Source: Bdellovibrionota bacterium
GTDB lineage: Bacteria > Bdellovibrionota_C > UBA2361 > JAAYZI01
NCBI GenBank assembly: GCA_050950765.1
Contig: JBMNIF010000002.1
Span: 640,001 to 704,000, forward strand
DNA length: 64,000 bases
Reading direction: 5' to 3'
Both the position numbers and the translations under genes were made by a program. The notes beneath the pieces were generated by a model that searched no databases, was not told the origin of the DNA, and saw only the letters and a list, made by a program, of their open reading frames with translations. Shown here one piece after another: positions 1 to 11,132 of this stretch (its first letter is position 1; the number at the start of each line of letters is the position of its first letter).

Positions 1-68
1 TCCGAACCTAACGAATCATCTGCATTAAAAACAGATAATAGAGACGATTCGTTAGGTATTTACAGTTA

Positions 69-1136
69 TTAAACAGGTTTAAAGCTGGTGCTTGGCTTAA
101 TGCTTTTAACAAAAGCCGCCACTAATTTTGCAGCGTTCTCCATATCTTTTAAGCTACAAACTTCAACTTGTGTGTGCATATAGCGGTTTGGTATCTGAAC
201 ACTACCCGCTGCTACACCACTCCGTGAAATCTGCAATGCTGCTGAATCGTTGCAAATAATCCTACCCGTCGGTGTTAATTGATATGGGCACTTAGCGTTT
301 TCAGCAGCTTGAACCAACATCTTATCAACGATAGGATTTGAAGTTGGACCACATCCGAAAGCAGGTCCAGCACCTAATTTGCACTCTGCCATTTTTTTAT
401 CTCCGATACCAGGATTATCTGTGGCAAACGTTACATCAACTGCGATTCCCACTTCAGGATCTATACCGAAAGCTGAAGTGCGAGCTCCACGCAAGCCGAC
501 CTCCTCTTGGACGGTGCTGACAGCATAAAGTGCTACGTTAAGCTTTGATTTTGCACATAAACGTAGAGCCTCCATCACCACAAAGACTCCAGATTTATCA
601 TCTAGCCCAGGGCTACAAATTAAGCCGTTGCACAATTCTGTAACACCGAGCTTGACGGTGCCATGGTCTCCGAGTGTGACGTATTTTTCAGCATCTTTTC
701 TATTTTTTGCACCGATATCAACCCATAGATCTTCAAAAGTAATTTTACCTTGTCCACGCTCTTCCTGCTTCTGTAAGTGAATCGGTTTGCGTCCGATCAC
801 ACCTGCGATCTCGCCCTTCTTTTCTGTATAGATTGTAACTTGCGAGCCAGGAAGAACAACCGGATCGTAGCCACCTAACTGTTCAATATAAAGATAGCCA
901 TCGTCAGAGATAAACTTAACCAAGAAACCTAACTGATCGCAGTGTCCTGCTAACATCACTTTACGCTCAGCTTTAGTATTGATTCCGACTATCAGATTGC
1001 CGTGTAAATCAGTTTCAATGATATCGGCATACGGCTCCATCCGATTTTTTATAACTTTTTGAACTTTCTGTTCAAAACCTGTTGGTGAGGGTGTTGTTAA
1101 AAGGTCATATAAAAATTGTTTCGATGTCTGTTCCAT
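69..1136 (-). CDS. M42 family metallo-aminopeptidase (FrvX/YsdC-like)
   Basis: Motifs SPTGFE, LAGHCDQLG, GLDDKSG, VQEEVGLRGA, IAVDVT, RYMHT. Confidence 0.92.
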   Translation of the reverse strand: MEQTSKQFLYDLLTTPSPTGFEQKVQKVIKNRMEPYADIIETDLHGNLIVGINTKAERKVMLAGHCDQLGFLVKFISDDGYLYIEQLGGYDPVVLPGSQVTIYTEKKGEIAGVIGRKPIHLQKQEERGQGKITFEDLWVDIGAKNRKDAEKYVTLGDHGTVKLGVTELCNGLICSPGLDDKSGVFVVMEALRLCAKSKLNVALYAVSTVQEEVGLRGARTSAFGIDPEVGIAVDVTFATDNPGIGDKKMAECKLGAGPAFGCGPTSNPIVDKMLVQAAENAKCPYQLTPTGRIICNDSAALQISRSGVAAGSVQIPNRYMHTQVEVCSLKDMENAAKLVAAFVKSIKPSTSFKPV

Positions 1137-1266
1137 AAAAGATCCATTAAATAAAAGACGTAACGTTATTTTTTATACCTTTAGAAGTAGAGCAACTTCG
1201 TTAGTAAAAATTACTTAAAGTAAAAAACATTACTATCATATAAGAGAGACCTTACAGCAGATCGGA

Positions 1267-1428
1267 ATGTCAAACAATGTAATTTTTTCTACACCTAGCT
1301 TTACTTTTTCTAAAGTGAATCAAAGTTAAGATAAGCAGTAGGTTAAAATGCTAAACAATGTAATTTTTCCTATCCCCAATTCTCTTTTTTGAAGTTAATT
1401 AAAGATTTTAAGATAAAACTATTGAAAA
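1267..1428. repeat. degenerate tandem duplication, 81-bp period, 2 copies
   Basis: AAACAATGTAATTTTT at 1272 and 1353, with further similarity downstream (TTAAGATAA). Confidence 0.65.
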
Positions 1429-2189
1429 TCTCTCTTTGAGAAGAAGAGTGTTGATAAAATAAGTGCAGCACCACAATATCCTACACTATAAAGTATTCCG
1501 AAGAGTAGTAGGTCTGAATCATAAGCGAGGTTGTAAACAACCCTTTCTGAAACATCAAGGAGATTCAGATGTGGTAAGATCTCATAAACAATTTTAAGAG
1601 GGATATTTAGTAGAGTTTCTTCATAACCTTTTAAAAATTGTAAGAAATATTGAGACGATCTACCCGCTAAGAAAAATGCAAAGCTAAAAAAGCCACTTAA
1701 AAACGGCGTGATGACAATTGAAGAAAAGAAGATGGTGCAAGCGCAGACAATAATACTTTGTAAAAAAATAAAAAAAGCTGCATAAAAGAGCATCCAATCA
1801 AAGCTTCCTTCAAGGAAATAGCAGAATAGAAATAAAACTAAAGTTAAGAGCAGAATCAAAACAGAGACTGTTGTGCCTAGCCCTAAAAATTTTCCGCATA
1901 AAAAAGCTGCTCTACTTAACGGTTTTGAAAGGATATTGTGGATAGTTTTAAGGGATAACTCTTTTGCAAGTAAAAGAGAGCCTGCAATAACGGCATACAT
2001 AGCAGAGAAAAAAGAGATGGTGAAGAGTCCGAAATCTTTAACAACTTTTACTTTCTCTCCTATGGTTACACTCCCGAAAAGTGCAGAGGCTACAACTACA
2101 AAAAATGCAAAAAAAAGTGTGGAGTACAACACTTTACTCCGTACAGATTCTTTAAATGTAAGACAGGCAATGGCGATAATCTTTCTCAT
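1419..2189 (-). CDS. ABC-2 type transporter permease (PilI-like)
   Basis: About 6 TM segments, ILSKPLSRAAFLCGKFLG motif, C-terminal FSKRDF; directly follows the ABC ATPase. Confidence 0.85.
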   Translation of the reverse strand: MRKIIAIACLTFKESVRSKVLYSTLFFAFFVVVASALFGSVTIGEKVKVVKDFGLFTISFFSAMYAVIAGSLLLAKELSLKTIHNILSKPLSRAAFLCGKFLGLGTTVSVLILLLTLVLFLFCYFLEGSFDWMLFYAAFFIFLQSIIVCACTIFFSSIVITPFLSGFFSFAFFLAGRSSQYFLQFLKGYEETLLNIPLKIVYEILPHLNLLDVSERVVYNLAYDSDLLLFGILYSVGYCGAALILSTLFFSKRDFQ

Positions 2190-2192
2190 TTT

Positions 2193-3128
2193 TTATTCCT
2201 CTACCTCTTCCCTAACTAACTTTAAAAATAACTCTTGTAATCCACCATTTGTTATCTGATAGGATTCTATCCGCACCCCTAAAACTAAAGCTTGTGCTAA
2301 AGCACTTTTGGCGTTTTTTTCATCATCAAAGATTAGTGTTTGGAGATCTCCATGCACTTTAAGGGCAGGATGAAAAGTTTCTACAATCTTTGAGGTGTTA
2401 TCATCCGTAGCCACAGTTAGCTCAAATTTATTATCTAGAACCTGCCCTAATTCTTTAAGGCTATATGTGCCTTTTAGAGAGCCATCTTTTAAAATTGCGA
2501 CATCATCACACAGCTGCTCAACATCGTTTAAGATATGAGAAGAGATAAAAATTGTAGTGCCGTTAGCTTTTAAGTTTCGTAATAACTCTATAAAGTCATT
2601 ACGTCCAAGTGGGTCTAGCCCTGAAAACGGTTCGTCTAGAATGAGTAGGCGTGGCTTGTGCATAATAGCTTGTGCTAGCGCTATCCGTTGTAGCTGTCCT
2701 TTTGAAAGGTTTTTTAAGGGAGTTTTTTCAGATTTTGTAAAATTTACTGCGGATAATGCTTCTCGAATGGTAGATTTTACTTGAGAAGAGGTGATATCGC
2801 TTAAGATAGCGAGCGTTTCTAATAGTTCTTTAACAGTAAGATAATCATAAAAATAGGGGAGCTCCGCTAAGTATCCGACTGCTTTTCTACTCTCTTTTTT
2901 CTTTGTGTTAATACCGAAGATCTCGATCTCTCCTGTACTAGCTTTGATTAGATCTAAGATGCACTTAATCGTTGTAGTCTTTCCGGCTCCATTGTGTCCG
3001 ATAAATCCGAAAGCACAACCTTGCGGCACCTCTAATGTTAGATTAGAGAGCGCTGCACTTGCTTTATAGGTCCACGGATTTCTATAAAAATAGGTGAGGT
3101 TTTTAATATTGATAGCAGGGGTATCCAT
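2193..3128 (-). CDS. ABC transporter ATP-binding protein (PilH-like)
   Basis: Walker A GHNGAGKTT, signature LSKGQ, Walker B LLILDEP, ISSH switch. Confidence 0.93.
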   Translation of the reverse strand: MDTPAINIKNLTYFYRNPWTYKASAALSNLTLEVPQGCAFGFIGHNGAGKTTTIKCILDLIKASTGEIEIFGINTKKKESRKAVGYLAELPYFYDYLTVKELLETLAILSDITSSQVKSTIREALSAVNFTKSEKTPLKNLSKGQLQRIALAQAIMHKPRLLILDEPFSGLDPLGRNDFIELLRNLKANGTTIFISSHILNDVEQLCDDVAILKDGSLKGTYSLKELGQVLDNKFELTVATDDNTSKIVETFHPALKVHGDLQTLIFDDEKNAKSALAQALVLGVRIESYQITNGGLQELFLKLVREEVEE

Positions 3129-3130
3129 AC

Positions 3131-3799
3131 TTACTCCATTTTGATTTTTTTATAATGTTCCAGTAGTGCCGCTTTCTCTTGCGGATTTTTAGCTTGAGAT
3201 ATGGCGTGTTCTAAGAAACGTAACGCCTCGGAGCGATCTCCTACAAGCTCTTTTGCCGCTAGTTCTGACATAAAGTTCGGAGCATCTTTAAGCCTTGCAC
3301 CGTAGCGAAAATCGGCTGAAGCGAGTTCAGCATCTTTAAAAAAGAAAGAATGATAGATGCCACGCAGATAGTAATACCTCCACACTCGAGGGTTGTTGGC
3401 GATAGCTTTATTAAGGAGGTGCAAAGCTAGTCCAGGTTTCTCTGCTTCCCAAGCTAACATTAGAGCACAAAAATCGTAAGCATAAGTAGCATCTTCATTT
3501 AGATTAGTTACCAGATTGCACATCTGATTTAACCAAGTGTACTCCCTATCACTTTTAAAATGCTTTCCGAAATAATTAACTGTTTTAAACCAGATGATGT
3601 GAGAAAGTACCTTCTGATAACCAAAACTTAGAAGTTTTAAGGCTTTTCCGTTAGGAAGATATAACACCTCTTGAGTAGATATGATCTGTTTATTCCTTTC
3701 AGCGTTGGCGAGGAGAGATAATCTTTTCTCCGCACTTCCTGCAAGAGCTGTAAGTAAACAAAAGAGTATTAAGATGATAAAGGTGCGCATCCTTCGCAA
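3131..3799 (-). CDS. membrane-anchored TPR-like protein (PilG/XapA-like); ATG at 3790 is an alternative start
   Basis: N-terminal hydrophobic anchor, helical TPR-like repeats (KAIANNPRVWRYYYLRG), first gene of the ABC cluster. Confidence 0.6.
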   Translation of the reverse strand: MRRMRTFIILILFCLLTALAGSAEKRLSLLANAERNKQIISTQEVLYLPNGKALKLLSFGYQKVLSHIIWFKTVNYFGKHFKSDREYTWLNQMCNLVTNLNEDATYAYDFCALMLAWEAEKPGLALHLLNKAIANNPRVWRYYYLRGIYHSFFFKDAELASADFRYGARLKDAPNFMSELAAKELVGDRSEALRFLEHAISQAKNPQEKAALLEHYKKIKME

Positions 3800-3938
3800 T
3801 ATAAAGGAGTATTAAAGAAGCGACAAGCTCCTCTTTCTATAAGATAGTGTGCTTTTATAAACCCTTCCTGATAGAGAAACCTTTGCTGGCAATCTTTTGT
3901 TATAACTCCTTTCTGATTGATGAAGCGTTGCATGTTTT

Positions 3939-5744
3939 TTAATTACAGACCTTTCCTGATCTGGGAAGTTTTGCCAGTAAGTTTTCACTTTTATTTGCGA
4001 TACGCCGTGTTTTAGCAAGTGTACGTCGAGCAAAGGTTGTCTGCTTCGGAGCTTTCTTTATGATCCTATAACAACCATTGTTTATAGTATTAATCATCTT
4101 TCGTAAGATAGTACGGCTTTTTACAACGGCTTTCTTATGAGAAAGTTTGCGACATTGTGCTTTTCTCGGGCAGTTATAGACCTGCTCCGGAATTTCAGCA
4201 GTAGCACTTAAAAATGTTTGAAAATCATTAGAGAGATTAAAGTTTAATCTATCTAGATCTATTTTAAGACTTCTTAGTCTTCGTGAAGTGCTCGCTGAAA
4301 ATTTTTGAGCAAGGTTTTCTCCGATAAGATTAATTTGTGTACCGTACCTGATAAGTTGTTTGACATTTAGCTTTGTAGCAACACACCTCGAATAGCTGGG
4401 ATCCGCTTCTACAAGCACATCAATCTCTTGAAGAGGTGCTGTTGCTAAAGTTGAATATGTAGCAGGTGTAAACTTATAGCCGATACGCTCGAACGTTACG
4501 TTGCAGGTCGTTCCCATCTGAATATCGCTAAAGAGGAACTCTCCATTTTCATTGGTCGTGACTTTATGTGTGTCGTTTAATTTTACAACAATACCTGCTA
4601 CGCCAGAGTAGTTTACATCTCTAATATGCCCTAAAAGGGTAGTAGTTGTTATAGCAGGTGGAGCTGCGGTTGGTTGAGGTGGAGGAGTTGGAGTTGGTGT
4701 GGGATCAGGAGGAAAGGTAGCTCTAAGGGTATTCCATTGTAAAAGCCCAAGATGATGTTCTTTATAAGTAGCGTACATGGAATAGTCTATATCCATTTTG
4801 AGTCTATATGTACCTTCTGGTCTTTTTTGTGAGACGCCCCAGCTGTTTAAGATCTCCCAGTAGTGCTTACTTGGATCGCTATCCAAGTCGTTATATCCAA
4901 CAACTAAAACGGCGTGTCCTCCCCCTTCTGAAGAGTTCCAAGCGTATCCGTTGTAGGGGGTCATATCAAAAAGGGTATCTAATGGAGCAGTGACCCAGAA
5001 GTCAAAAAATTCATTCCAGAAGGTGCTATTTTGAAGGTAAAATCCGAGCAGTACGGAGCGACCTGCATTAAGCTCTGCTTTAATATTTGAAATGGCTAAT
5101 TCTTTCGAGATATTTAATGTCTCTATGGAGGATGTGCTTAAAGAATCAATCTGAACATATGGAGTTTCTGTAATATCAGATGCAGCTCTAGCAGAACACA
5201 ATCCATAAAGAGTGGGGCAAGCAACACCGCCAAGTTGATCAACGTAATCAGCACCGTTGTTACTCCACGGAATCGCAATTGAGCCTGAGGTGTTATTAAA
5301 TCTAATATAGTCATCAAACGAAGCACCTTGGCAGGCAAAAAAACCACTTCTTCCGCCATCGTTATAATTTGAATTAACATATTGTATGGATAACTGATTA
5401 TCTATTCCGTAACGTTTTTTATGAGCTATCTCTAAGGCTCCTGTAACTGCCCAAACCCAACAATTGCCGCAATCGGCTTGATTTCTTTTTTCACCGAGAT
5501 AGGGCATATCCCCTAAAAGGGAGATAGAGGCAGGTGGTAAGATATTATTTTCTGATAGGGAAAAAGATCTTAAAAATCTACTCTGTTTTTTCTGCATCTG
5601 CAGCAACTCTTCACCCGTTAGATGTATGATAGGGTGGTGATTACTTTGAGAGATCGCCTCTCCCGTCCATAACAATATGACGGAAAAAAGTGCTGCTATT
5701 AAAGGAAAAAAGTGTCTTATTTTTATGTGTTTGAATATCTCCAT
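3939..5744 (-). CDS. secreted papain-like (C1) cysteine peptidase with Pro/Thr linker, carboxypeptidase-regulatory-like domain and basic C-terminal domain
   Basis: RNQADCGNCW (Gln, Cys), GGHAV (His), LNSWG (Asn); signal peptide; PTPTPTPPPQPT linker; TTNENGEFLF. Confidence 0.88.
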   Translation of the reverse strand: MEIFKHIKIRHFFPLIAALFSVILLWTGEAISQSNHHPIIHLTGEELLQMQKKQSRFLRSFSLSENNILPPASISLLGDMPYLGEKRNQADCGNCWVWAVTGALEIAHKKRYGIDNQLSIQYVNSNYNDGGRSGFFACQGASFDDYIRFNNTSGSIAIPWSNNGADYVDQLGGVACPTLYGLCSARAASDITETPYVQIDSLSTSSIETLNISKELAISNIKAELNAGRSVLLGFYLQNSTFWNEFFDFWVTAPLDTLFDMTPYNGYAWNSSEGGGHAVLVVGYNDLDSDPSKHYWEILNSWGVSQKRPEGTYRLKMDIDYSMYATYKEHHLGLLQWNTLRATFPPDPTPTPTPPPQPTAAPPAITTTTLLGHIRDVNYSGVAGIVVKLNDTHKVTTNENGEFLFSDIQMGTTCNVTFERIGYKFTPATYSTLATAPLQEIDVLVEADPSYSRCVATKLNVKQLIRYGTQINLIGENLAQKFSASTSRRLRSLKIDLDRLNFNLSNDFQTFLSATAEIPEQVYNCPRKAQCRKLSHKKAVVKSRTILRKMINTINNGCYRIIKKAPKQTTFARRTLAKTRRIANKSENLLAKLPRSGKVCN

Positions 5745-6145
5745 GCCGCTTATAATCGACCTTTTAAGTATCTTACTTAACACTCTTCGGCAATATTTTT
5801 TATTAGCCTTTAATTTTTTTAGGAATATTTTTAGGGATCTATCTCCTCAAGTAAGAGCTTTTCTTAATTTAAAATAAGTAACGTCATCTTTTAGAATGAC
5901 TTTATTTAAAAGTAAACCTCCCTCCTTAGAATACCTTACAAAAAGGGAGGGGTAAAAAGTTTATTTTTTTGAAGTTTTTAGAACTTTTTCCGTTAAATCA
6001 CTATACTAGAGAGGTCTCATCACGTGAGGCTTGTTCCGATTAGAAGTTCTTTCGTTAAAACTTATCGCTATGCTAGAGAGGAAAAAAAATTTTTGCTATC
6101 AATCTAAGATCTATTTCTAATAAAGCACCTATTTATTTATAACAC

Positions 6146-8023
6146 CTACTTTTCTAAAGTGTTTGTATTATACCGTTTAAGGTGTATAGCAAGTATTGAA
6201 ACCGCTCCTGTTGTCATGCCAGGAATTCTTAAAGCGTGTCCGAGTGAACGTGGACGAACTTTTTTTAGCTTTTCAATAAATTCGCACCGTAAACCGTTAA
6301 CCGTTTCATAAGGGAAATCTTCTGGAATTAGTGCATCTTCAGAACGGCGTAATTGTAAGATATCTTCCTCCTGTCTTTTTAAATACCCTTCAAACTTAAA
6401 CTCCGTTTCCAGTCTAAAGATAGTATTTTTGTCTAATTGAATCATCTCTTCTTTAGGGAGAAGATCTATTAGATCTGTAAGTTTCAGTTCCGGTCTTTTT
6501 ACAAGCTCTGCTACGGAAAGAGTTTCCTTTAAAGGTGCACTTTGTAACTGTTTTAGCATCAAGTCTGTTGTAGGTGTTGCTTTAATTTTAGTGGTTCTAA
6601 AAAAATCACGTCCTGCTGTGTATTCTTCGGATAATTTTTCAAAAACCTCTCTCTGATCATCTTTTAAAAGTCCATAATGGATACCTTTCGGGCATAGCCT
6701 AGCAATGGTGTTGTCTTCCCTTAAAAGAAGTCGATATTCGGCACGCGAGGTGAACATACGATAAGGTTCATCAACACCTTTTAGTGTTAAGTCATCTATC
6801 ATCACACCGAGATAAGCTTCCGAGCGGTCGATAATTAACGGTTCTTTTTTTAATATAGCTAGCGCTGCATTTGCTCCAGCGTATAGCCCCTGTGCAGCAG
6901 CTTCTTCATAGCCTGAAGTGCCGTTGACCTGCCCTGCTAGAAAGAAACGCTCCAAATACTTTGATTCTAAAGTTGCTTTTAAGTGAGTCGGATCTAAGTA
7001 ATCGTATTCAACGGCATAGCCGTAACGGAGAATTTCAGCGTGCTCCAGCCCCTTAATCTCATGGATAAAGGCATCCTGCACATCAGCAGGTAAGCTGGTT
7101 GATATCCCGTTCGGATATATAACATCAGAATCGTAACCTTCAGGCTCAAGAAAGATGTGATGTTCCGTGCGATCTGCAAAACGATAAACTTTATCTTCAA
7201 TAGATGGACAATAGCGGGGACCGCCGGAGAGGATCTGACCGTTAAAAAGGGGGCTGCGTAGGCGATTGTTTCTAATTATCTCGTGAACTTTTTCATTTGT
7301 AGCGGAGATCCAGCACGAAACTTGTGGTCGAGAGATCTGATCTGTCATCATTGAAAAAAATGGTGCAGGGGTTTCGCCTTGTTGCTCTTTAAGAAGAGTG
7401 TAGTCGATAGAGCTTTTACGTAAACGTGCCGGAGTGCCTGTCTTTAACCTTCCAAGTGGCAGCCCAAGATTATGTAAGTATGCACTTAATTTTTCGGCGG
7501 AAGTGTCTCCAAAACGTCCCCCGCTAGTCTGTTTCTCTCCTGTGTGCATTAGTCCTGCTAAAAAGGTTCCGGCTGTAAGCACGACACCTTTGGCATGAAT
7601 CGTTGTGCCATCAGCTAAGACAACACCACAAACACGATTACCTTCTATTAGTAATTGAATAACTTCAGATTCGATAATGCTTAGATTGTGTTCTTGTTGT
7701 AGAAGATCAAGTAGTGCTGTCTTGTAAAGATCTCTATCTGCTTGAGCGCGCGAAGCTCTAACAGCAGGACCTTTACTGGCGTTTAAAGTTCTAAATTGAA
7801 TTCCGCCCCTATCGATAGCACGTCCCATCAAGCCACCGAGTGCATCGATCTCTTTTACAAGGTGCCCCTTACCAAGCCCTCCGATAGAGGGGTTGCATGA
7901 TAGTTCTCCGATATCTGAAAGGCGCATTGTAACCAAAACAGTTTCCACGTTAAGACGTGCGGCGGCAGCAGCAGCTTCAACTCCGGCGTGCCCTCCTCCT
8001 ATCACCAATACTCCCGTATTCAT
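6146..8023 (-). CDS. mnmG: tRNA uridine-5-carboxymethylaminomethyl modification enzyme MnmG (GidA)
   Basis: [60 protein letters not shown]. Confidence 0.98.
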   Translation of the reverse strand: MNTGVLVIGGGHAGVEAAAAAARLNVETVLVTMRLSDIGELSCNPSIGGLGKGHLVKEIDALGGLMGRAIDRGGIQFRTLNASKGPAVRASRAQADRDLYKTALLDLLQQEHNLSIIESEVIQLLIEGNRVCGVVLADGTTIHAKGVVLTAGTFLAGLMHTGEKQTSGGRFGDTSAEKLSAYLHNLGLPLGRLKTGTPARLRKSSIDYTLLKEQQGETPAPFFSMMTDQISRPQVSCWISATNEKVHEIIRNNRLRSPLFNGQILSGGPRYCPSIEDKVYRFADRTEHHIFLEPEGYDSDVIYPNGISTSLPADVQDAFIHEIKGLEHAEILRYGYAVEYDYLDPTHLKATLESKYLERFFLAGQVNGTSGYEEAAAQGLYAGANAALAILKKEPLIIDRSEAYLGVMIDDLTLKGVDEPYRMFTSRAEYRLLLREDNTIARLCPKGIHYGLLKDDQREVFEKLSEEYTAGRDFFRTTKIKATPTTDLMLKQLQSAPLKETLSVAELVKRPELKLTDLIDLLPKEEMIQLDKNTIFRLETEFKFEGYLKRQEEDILQLRRSEDALIPEDFPYETVNGLRCEFIEKLKKVRPRSLGHALRIPGMTTGAVSILAIHLKRYNTNTLEK

Positions 8024-8208
8024 AATTTTATCCTAATAAAACAGCTAGATAGGGTAGCAATATGCTTAAAAAATATCCACTCGCTGCGGCGCACCGTTTC
8101 TATTCTATAAAACATCTAAAAATCACGGAGCGTTATCTCTATTCTTCTGATGAATGCTAACCGTTTATGCCCCTAATATATTAATAGTGAAGGGATAACT
8201 GTTTTAAG

Positions 8209-9882
8209 ATGACTGCTAAAAAAGACATATCTATTGAATCAACTTTGCCTAGACTATCGGTCGATCACCTCTGGGAGGAAGCGCAAAAACTGATCAAGAT
8301 CGGTTGTCTAAAAGAGACACAAAGCCTTTTAGAGAAAGTCATCTCTTTTTCGCACTATTCTCACCAAGAAGCGTTACGTACCATCGCCAATATCTACAAT
8401 TCTAAAGAAGATTCGGTTGAAAGATTAACTGCTCTGTGGAGGTCTGCCACCCTCTTTGCTATGGCTGATGATAGGGAAGAGGATCTCTTTAAACATCTTT
8501 TGAAAGCTCTGAAATATTCGACATCTTCGCAAGATGAACTTTTTATCGCTATTTCTTTATACGCTAAGAGTAAAGGTTTAAATGCTCTTGAAAAAGAGGA
8601 GGTTGCAGAAGATGCAGCAGAGCCAAAGATTCTCGTTGTCGCAACTCAGAAACAGAGTCCTAAGCGGTGTGCTTTACTGAAGTCAATGGCGCGAGATCAC
8701 GGACAAAAAGAGGGAGCGCTTTCTTTCTCTTTTTTAAAAGATGCTTTTAGTGACGAAGAACAAGAAATTCCACAAACAGTTTATGATTATCTGAAAGGTT
8801 TTAAATGTCTTGTTACACGTCAACCTCGTGGACTCTCTCTCTGTGAAAACGTGGCATATTTTAAAGGTGAACTTTTAAAATATGCTCCAAAGATAGTTAT
8901 TTTTATAGATCCTTTTGAAAGCGGATTGCTTACACTCCTCTCTGTATTGCAACACACCTATTTTCAAGTCGCCGTATCAAAAACGTTTTATTCATATCCG
9001 TTAAGCCTTGATCTGGTGTTTGCGCCTGAAAACATCAATCCGATCAATAGAACTCCTCTCGTTAGTTTTTCAACGGAAGAGATCGATCAGACCTTTTTTA
9101 CTACCGTCTTGGAGAGGTTCTCTCACTTTAAAGAAGGGTCTTCTACTAAGATAGAGAAGGGTGCTGAAGAAAAAGAGGATAAAGAAACAGACGTTATTTC
9201 TGAGGAGAAAGAAGCTCTCACCTCTGAACCTTCAGAACAAGGTAATAAAAAAGCAGAGTCGATCTTGAGTGTAGCAGAGCGCTTATATCAAGATAAAAAT
9301 AAGAAAGACAATCCGAAGAAACCGAAAGATTTCTTAGCTACTCAAGTTATGCAGCAGACGAGTGCGCATATTTTACACCGTCCTGATCATCCGTTATTTG
9401 TCTTAAAAAAAGAGAGAGCACTAAAAAAAGCTTCAAGAGGTGCGGAAAAAAATAGAGAAGAGGCCTCTTCTGAACTCCCCACGCCTGCTTTTGTTCCGAG
9501 CATGACGAAGGAGGAGAACGCTAACTTCTGGGCAAAATATATTACTACTGGAGATAGTGTGCCTAAGAGCGATCAAGGTTCTTACGATCTTGAAGATTCA
9601 AAGATTTCTTTTGATCCCTCCTCTGCCAATGAGGTGATTGATGCCGCTATTCATATTTTGCAACAAGGCGATGCCGAGCGCGCTTTAAAGTTAATCTCTT
9701 CCATCCAGCCAACACTTGGTGCCATAAAAGATCTCTCTTACGTAAAAGCGCTTTGTTATGTAGCACTTAATAAGTTGCTAAAAGCTTTAAATTCCGTACA
9801 GATGGAGCTTTCCCACTTTCCCGATAATGAACAAGCCAAGACCTTGTTGACAGATATTGAACAGGTGTTAAAGAATAGATAG
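8209..9882 (+). CDS. hypothetical protein with TPR-like N- and C-terminal regions
   Basis: 557-aa ORF; helical TPR-like ends (ELSHFPDNEQAKTLL); acidic low-complexity linker. Confidence 0.6.
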   Translation: MTAKKDISIESTLPRLSVDHLWEEAQKLIKIGCLKETQSLLEKVISFSHYSHQEALRTIANIYNSKEDSVERLTALWRSATLFAMADDREEDLFKHLLKALKYSTSSQDELFIAISLYAKSKGLNALEKEEVAEDAAEPKILVVATQKQSPKRCALLKSMARDHGQKEGALSFSFLKDAFSDEEQEIPQTVYDYLKGFKCLVTRQPRGLSLCENVAYFKGELLKYAPKIVIFIDPFESGLLTLLSVLQHTYFQVAVSKTFYSYPLSLDLVFAPENINPINRTPLVSFSTEEIDQTFFTTVLERFSHFKEGSSTKIEKGAEEKEDKETDVISEEKEALTSEPSEQGNKKAESILSVAERLYQDKNKKDNPKKPKDFLATQVMQQTSAHILHRPDHPLFVLKKERALKKASRGAEKNREEASSELPTPAFVPSMTKEENANFWAKYITTGDSVPKSDQGSYDLEDSKISFDPSSANEVIDAAIHILQQGDAERALKLISSIQPTLGAIKDLSYVKALCYVALNKLLKALNSVQMELSHFPDNEQAKTLLTDIEQVLKNR

Positions 9883-9942
9883 CCTTTTTAATTGTCTAAT
9901 CTCTTCGTTACTGATTTTAAATCTTTTAGGTAAAATTTCTTT

Positions 9943-10125
9943 GTGGTCGCTATGAGTATTATTGAATCAACTATTGCGTTTTTGTGCGGGGTCTTGGGGC
10001 TTGCTCTTATTATATTTATTGTGAAGATCTTGTTTAATGCACTTCCGTTAAAAAGAACAAAAGGAGGGAGCCCTTATTTTCGCAAAGAGAAGAAAGAGAG
10101 TATTAAGATCACAGTTATTCATTAA
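9943..10125 (+). CDS. small single-TM hypothetical protein
   Basis: One hydrophobic segment followed by a basic tail; co-oriented between two + strand genes. Confidence 0.45.
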   Translation: MVAMSIIESTIAFLCGVLGLALIIFIVKILFNALPLKRTKGGSPYFRKEKKESIKITVIH

Positions 10126-10162
10126 GCATAACGGTGCGCCTCCATTTTTAATAATAGATCTG

Positions 10163-10867
10163 ATGAATTCTTTTAGTGGTAAGATTAAATTTGAAGTGCT
10201 TTTTGAAGATGATGATCTCTTTGTGCTTAATAAACAGGCGGCGATCCATTCCGTTATGTTAACTGACTCTGATCTTGATGATTCCGTTGCAAAATATCTA
10301 AACGATACCTTTCCATTTTTACGAGAAGTTTCAGATAAGGTTGAAGATGGTGCTCTGGTGCACCGTCTTGATTTTGATACCTCCGGCTGTCTTTTAGGTG
10401 CAAAGAAGAGGAGCGTTTGGCTATCTCTTTTTGAAGCGTTAAAAAATGGTGAAATCCATAAAACCTATTTAGCTTTAGTGGAGGGAAGGCTAATCACCCC
10501 GAGACACCTTGAAACCTTTATCGGTGCTAAGGGTAGACACTCTAAAAAGGTGCAAGTTGTGCGCGATAAGAGGTTTGATAGAACCCTTCCAGCGGTTTCA
10601 GATTTTTTCCCTCTTAAATTTTATAAAGAGAGTGATACCTCTCTAGTGCTGGCTAAAGCACCTACGGCGAGGCGGCATCAGATTCGGGCGCATCTGTCAT
10701 ACATTGGCTTTCCCCTTATAGGGGATATTCTGTATGGATCAAAAAGGAAGTTTGAGTTTTCTGATAAGAGAAGCTTTTTCCTGCACGCTAAGAGTTTAAA
10801 ATTTAAACATCCTGTAACAGGGGAAGGGGTTATAGTTGAAGCACCTCATAAAGAGTTTGAAGTGTAA
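10163..10867 (+). CDS. RluA-family RNA pseudouridine synthase
   Basis: VHRLDFDTSG catalytic motif, HQIRAH, PLIGDILYG, LHA. Confidence 0.93.
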   Translation: MNSFSGKIKFEVLFEDDDLFVLNKQAAIHSVMLTDSDLDDSVAKYLNDTFPFLREVSDKVEDGALVHRLDFDTSGCLLGAKKRSVWLSLFEALKNGEIHKTYLALVEGRLITPRHLETFIGAKGRHSKKVQVVRDKRFDRTLPAVSDFFPLKFYKESDTSLVLAKAPTARRHQIRAHLSYIGFPLIGDILYGSKRKFEFSDKRSFFLHAKSLKFKHPVTGEGVIVEAPHKEFEV

Positions 10868-10915
10868 AAAGTGGAGATGTTTTTTTGTTGGTTATGAGTT
10901 ATGTTTAGCGCCCTA

Positions 10916-11055
10916 AAAACCTCTAATACCTACTGAGGCTATACTTAACGCATGAAAAAAACCTCTGCTACCCATTAGAGTTATACCTAGCACATGAAAA
11001 AACCTCTACTACCTACTGAGGCTATACTTAGTGCATGAAAAAAACCCTCTGCCAC
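10916..11055. repeat. tandem repeat, ~41-bp unit x3.4 (higher-order 83-bp period)
   Basis: AAAACCTCT..TACC....CATG units; copies 1 and 3 share CCTACTGAGGCTATACTTA (10929, 11012). Confidence 0.85.
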
Positions 11056-11079
11056 AATATTGTTGAGTGTGGCAGAGGG
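11038..11079 (-). terminator. intrinsic terminator of the 11133-12476 gene
   Basis: 12-bp stem CCCTCTGCCACA/TGTGGCAGAGGG followed by a T-run on the minus strand. Confidence 0.75.
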
Positions 11080-11132
11080 AAAAAGGAATAAAAATAAAAA
11101 TGAAAGATTAAACGGTAATTTAATAAAATAAA

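Noticed and set aside
5979..6081. Degenerate ~62-bp duplication (similar ~64-bp one at 19653-19737)
   Set aside because: Too short and decayed to count in the ~81-bp class, though possibly older examples
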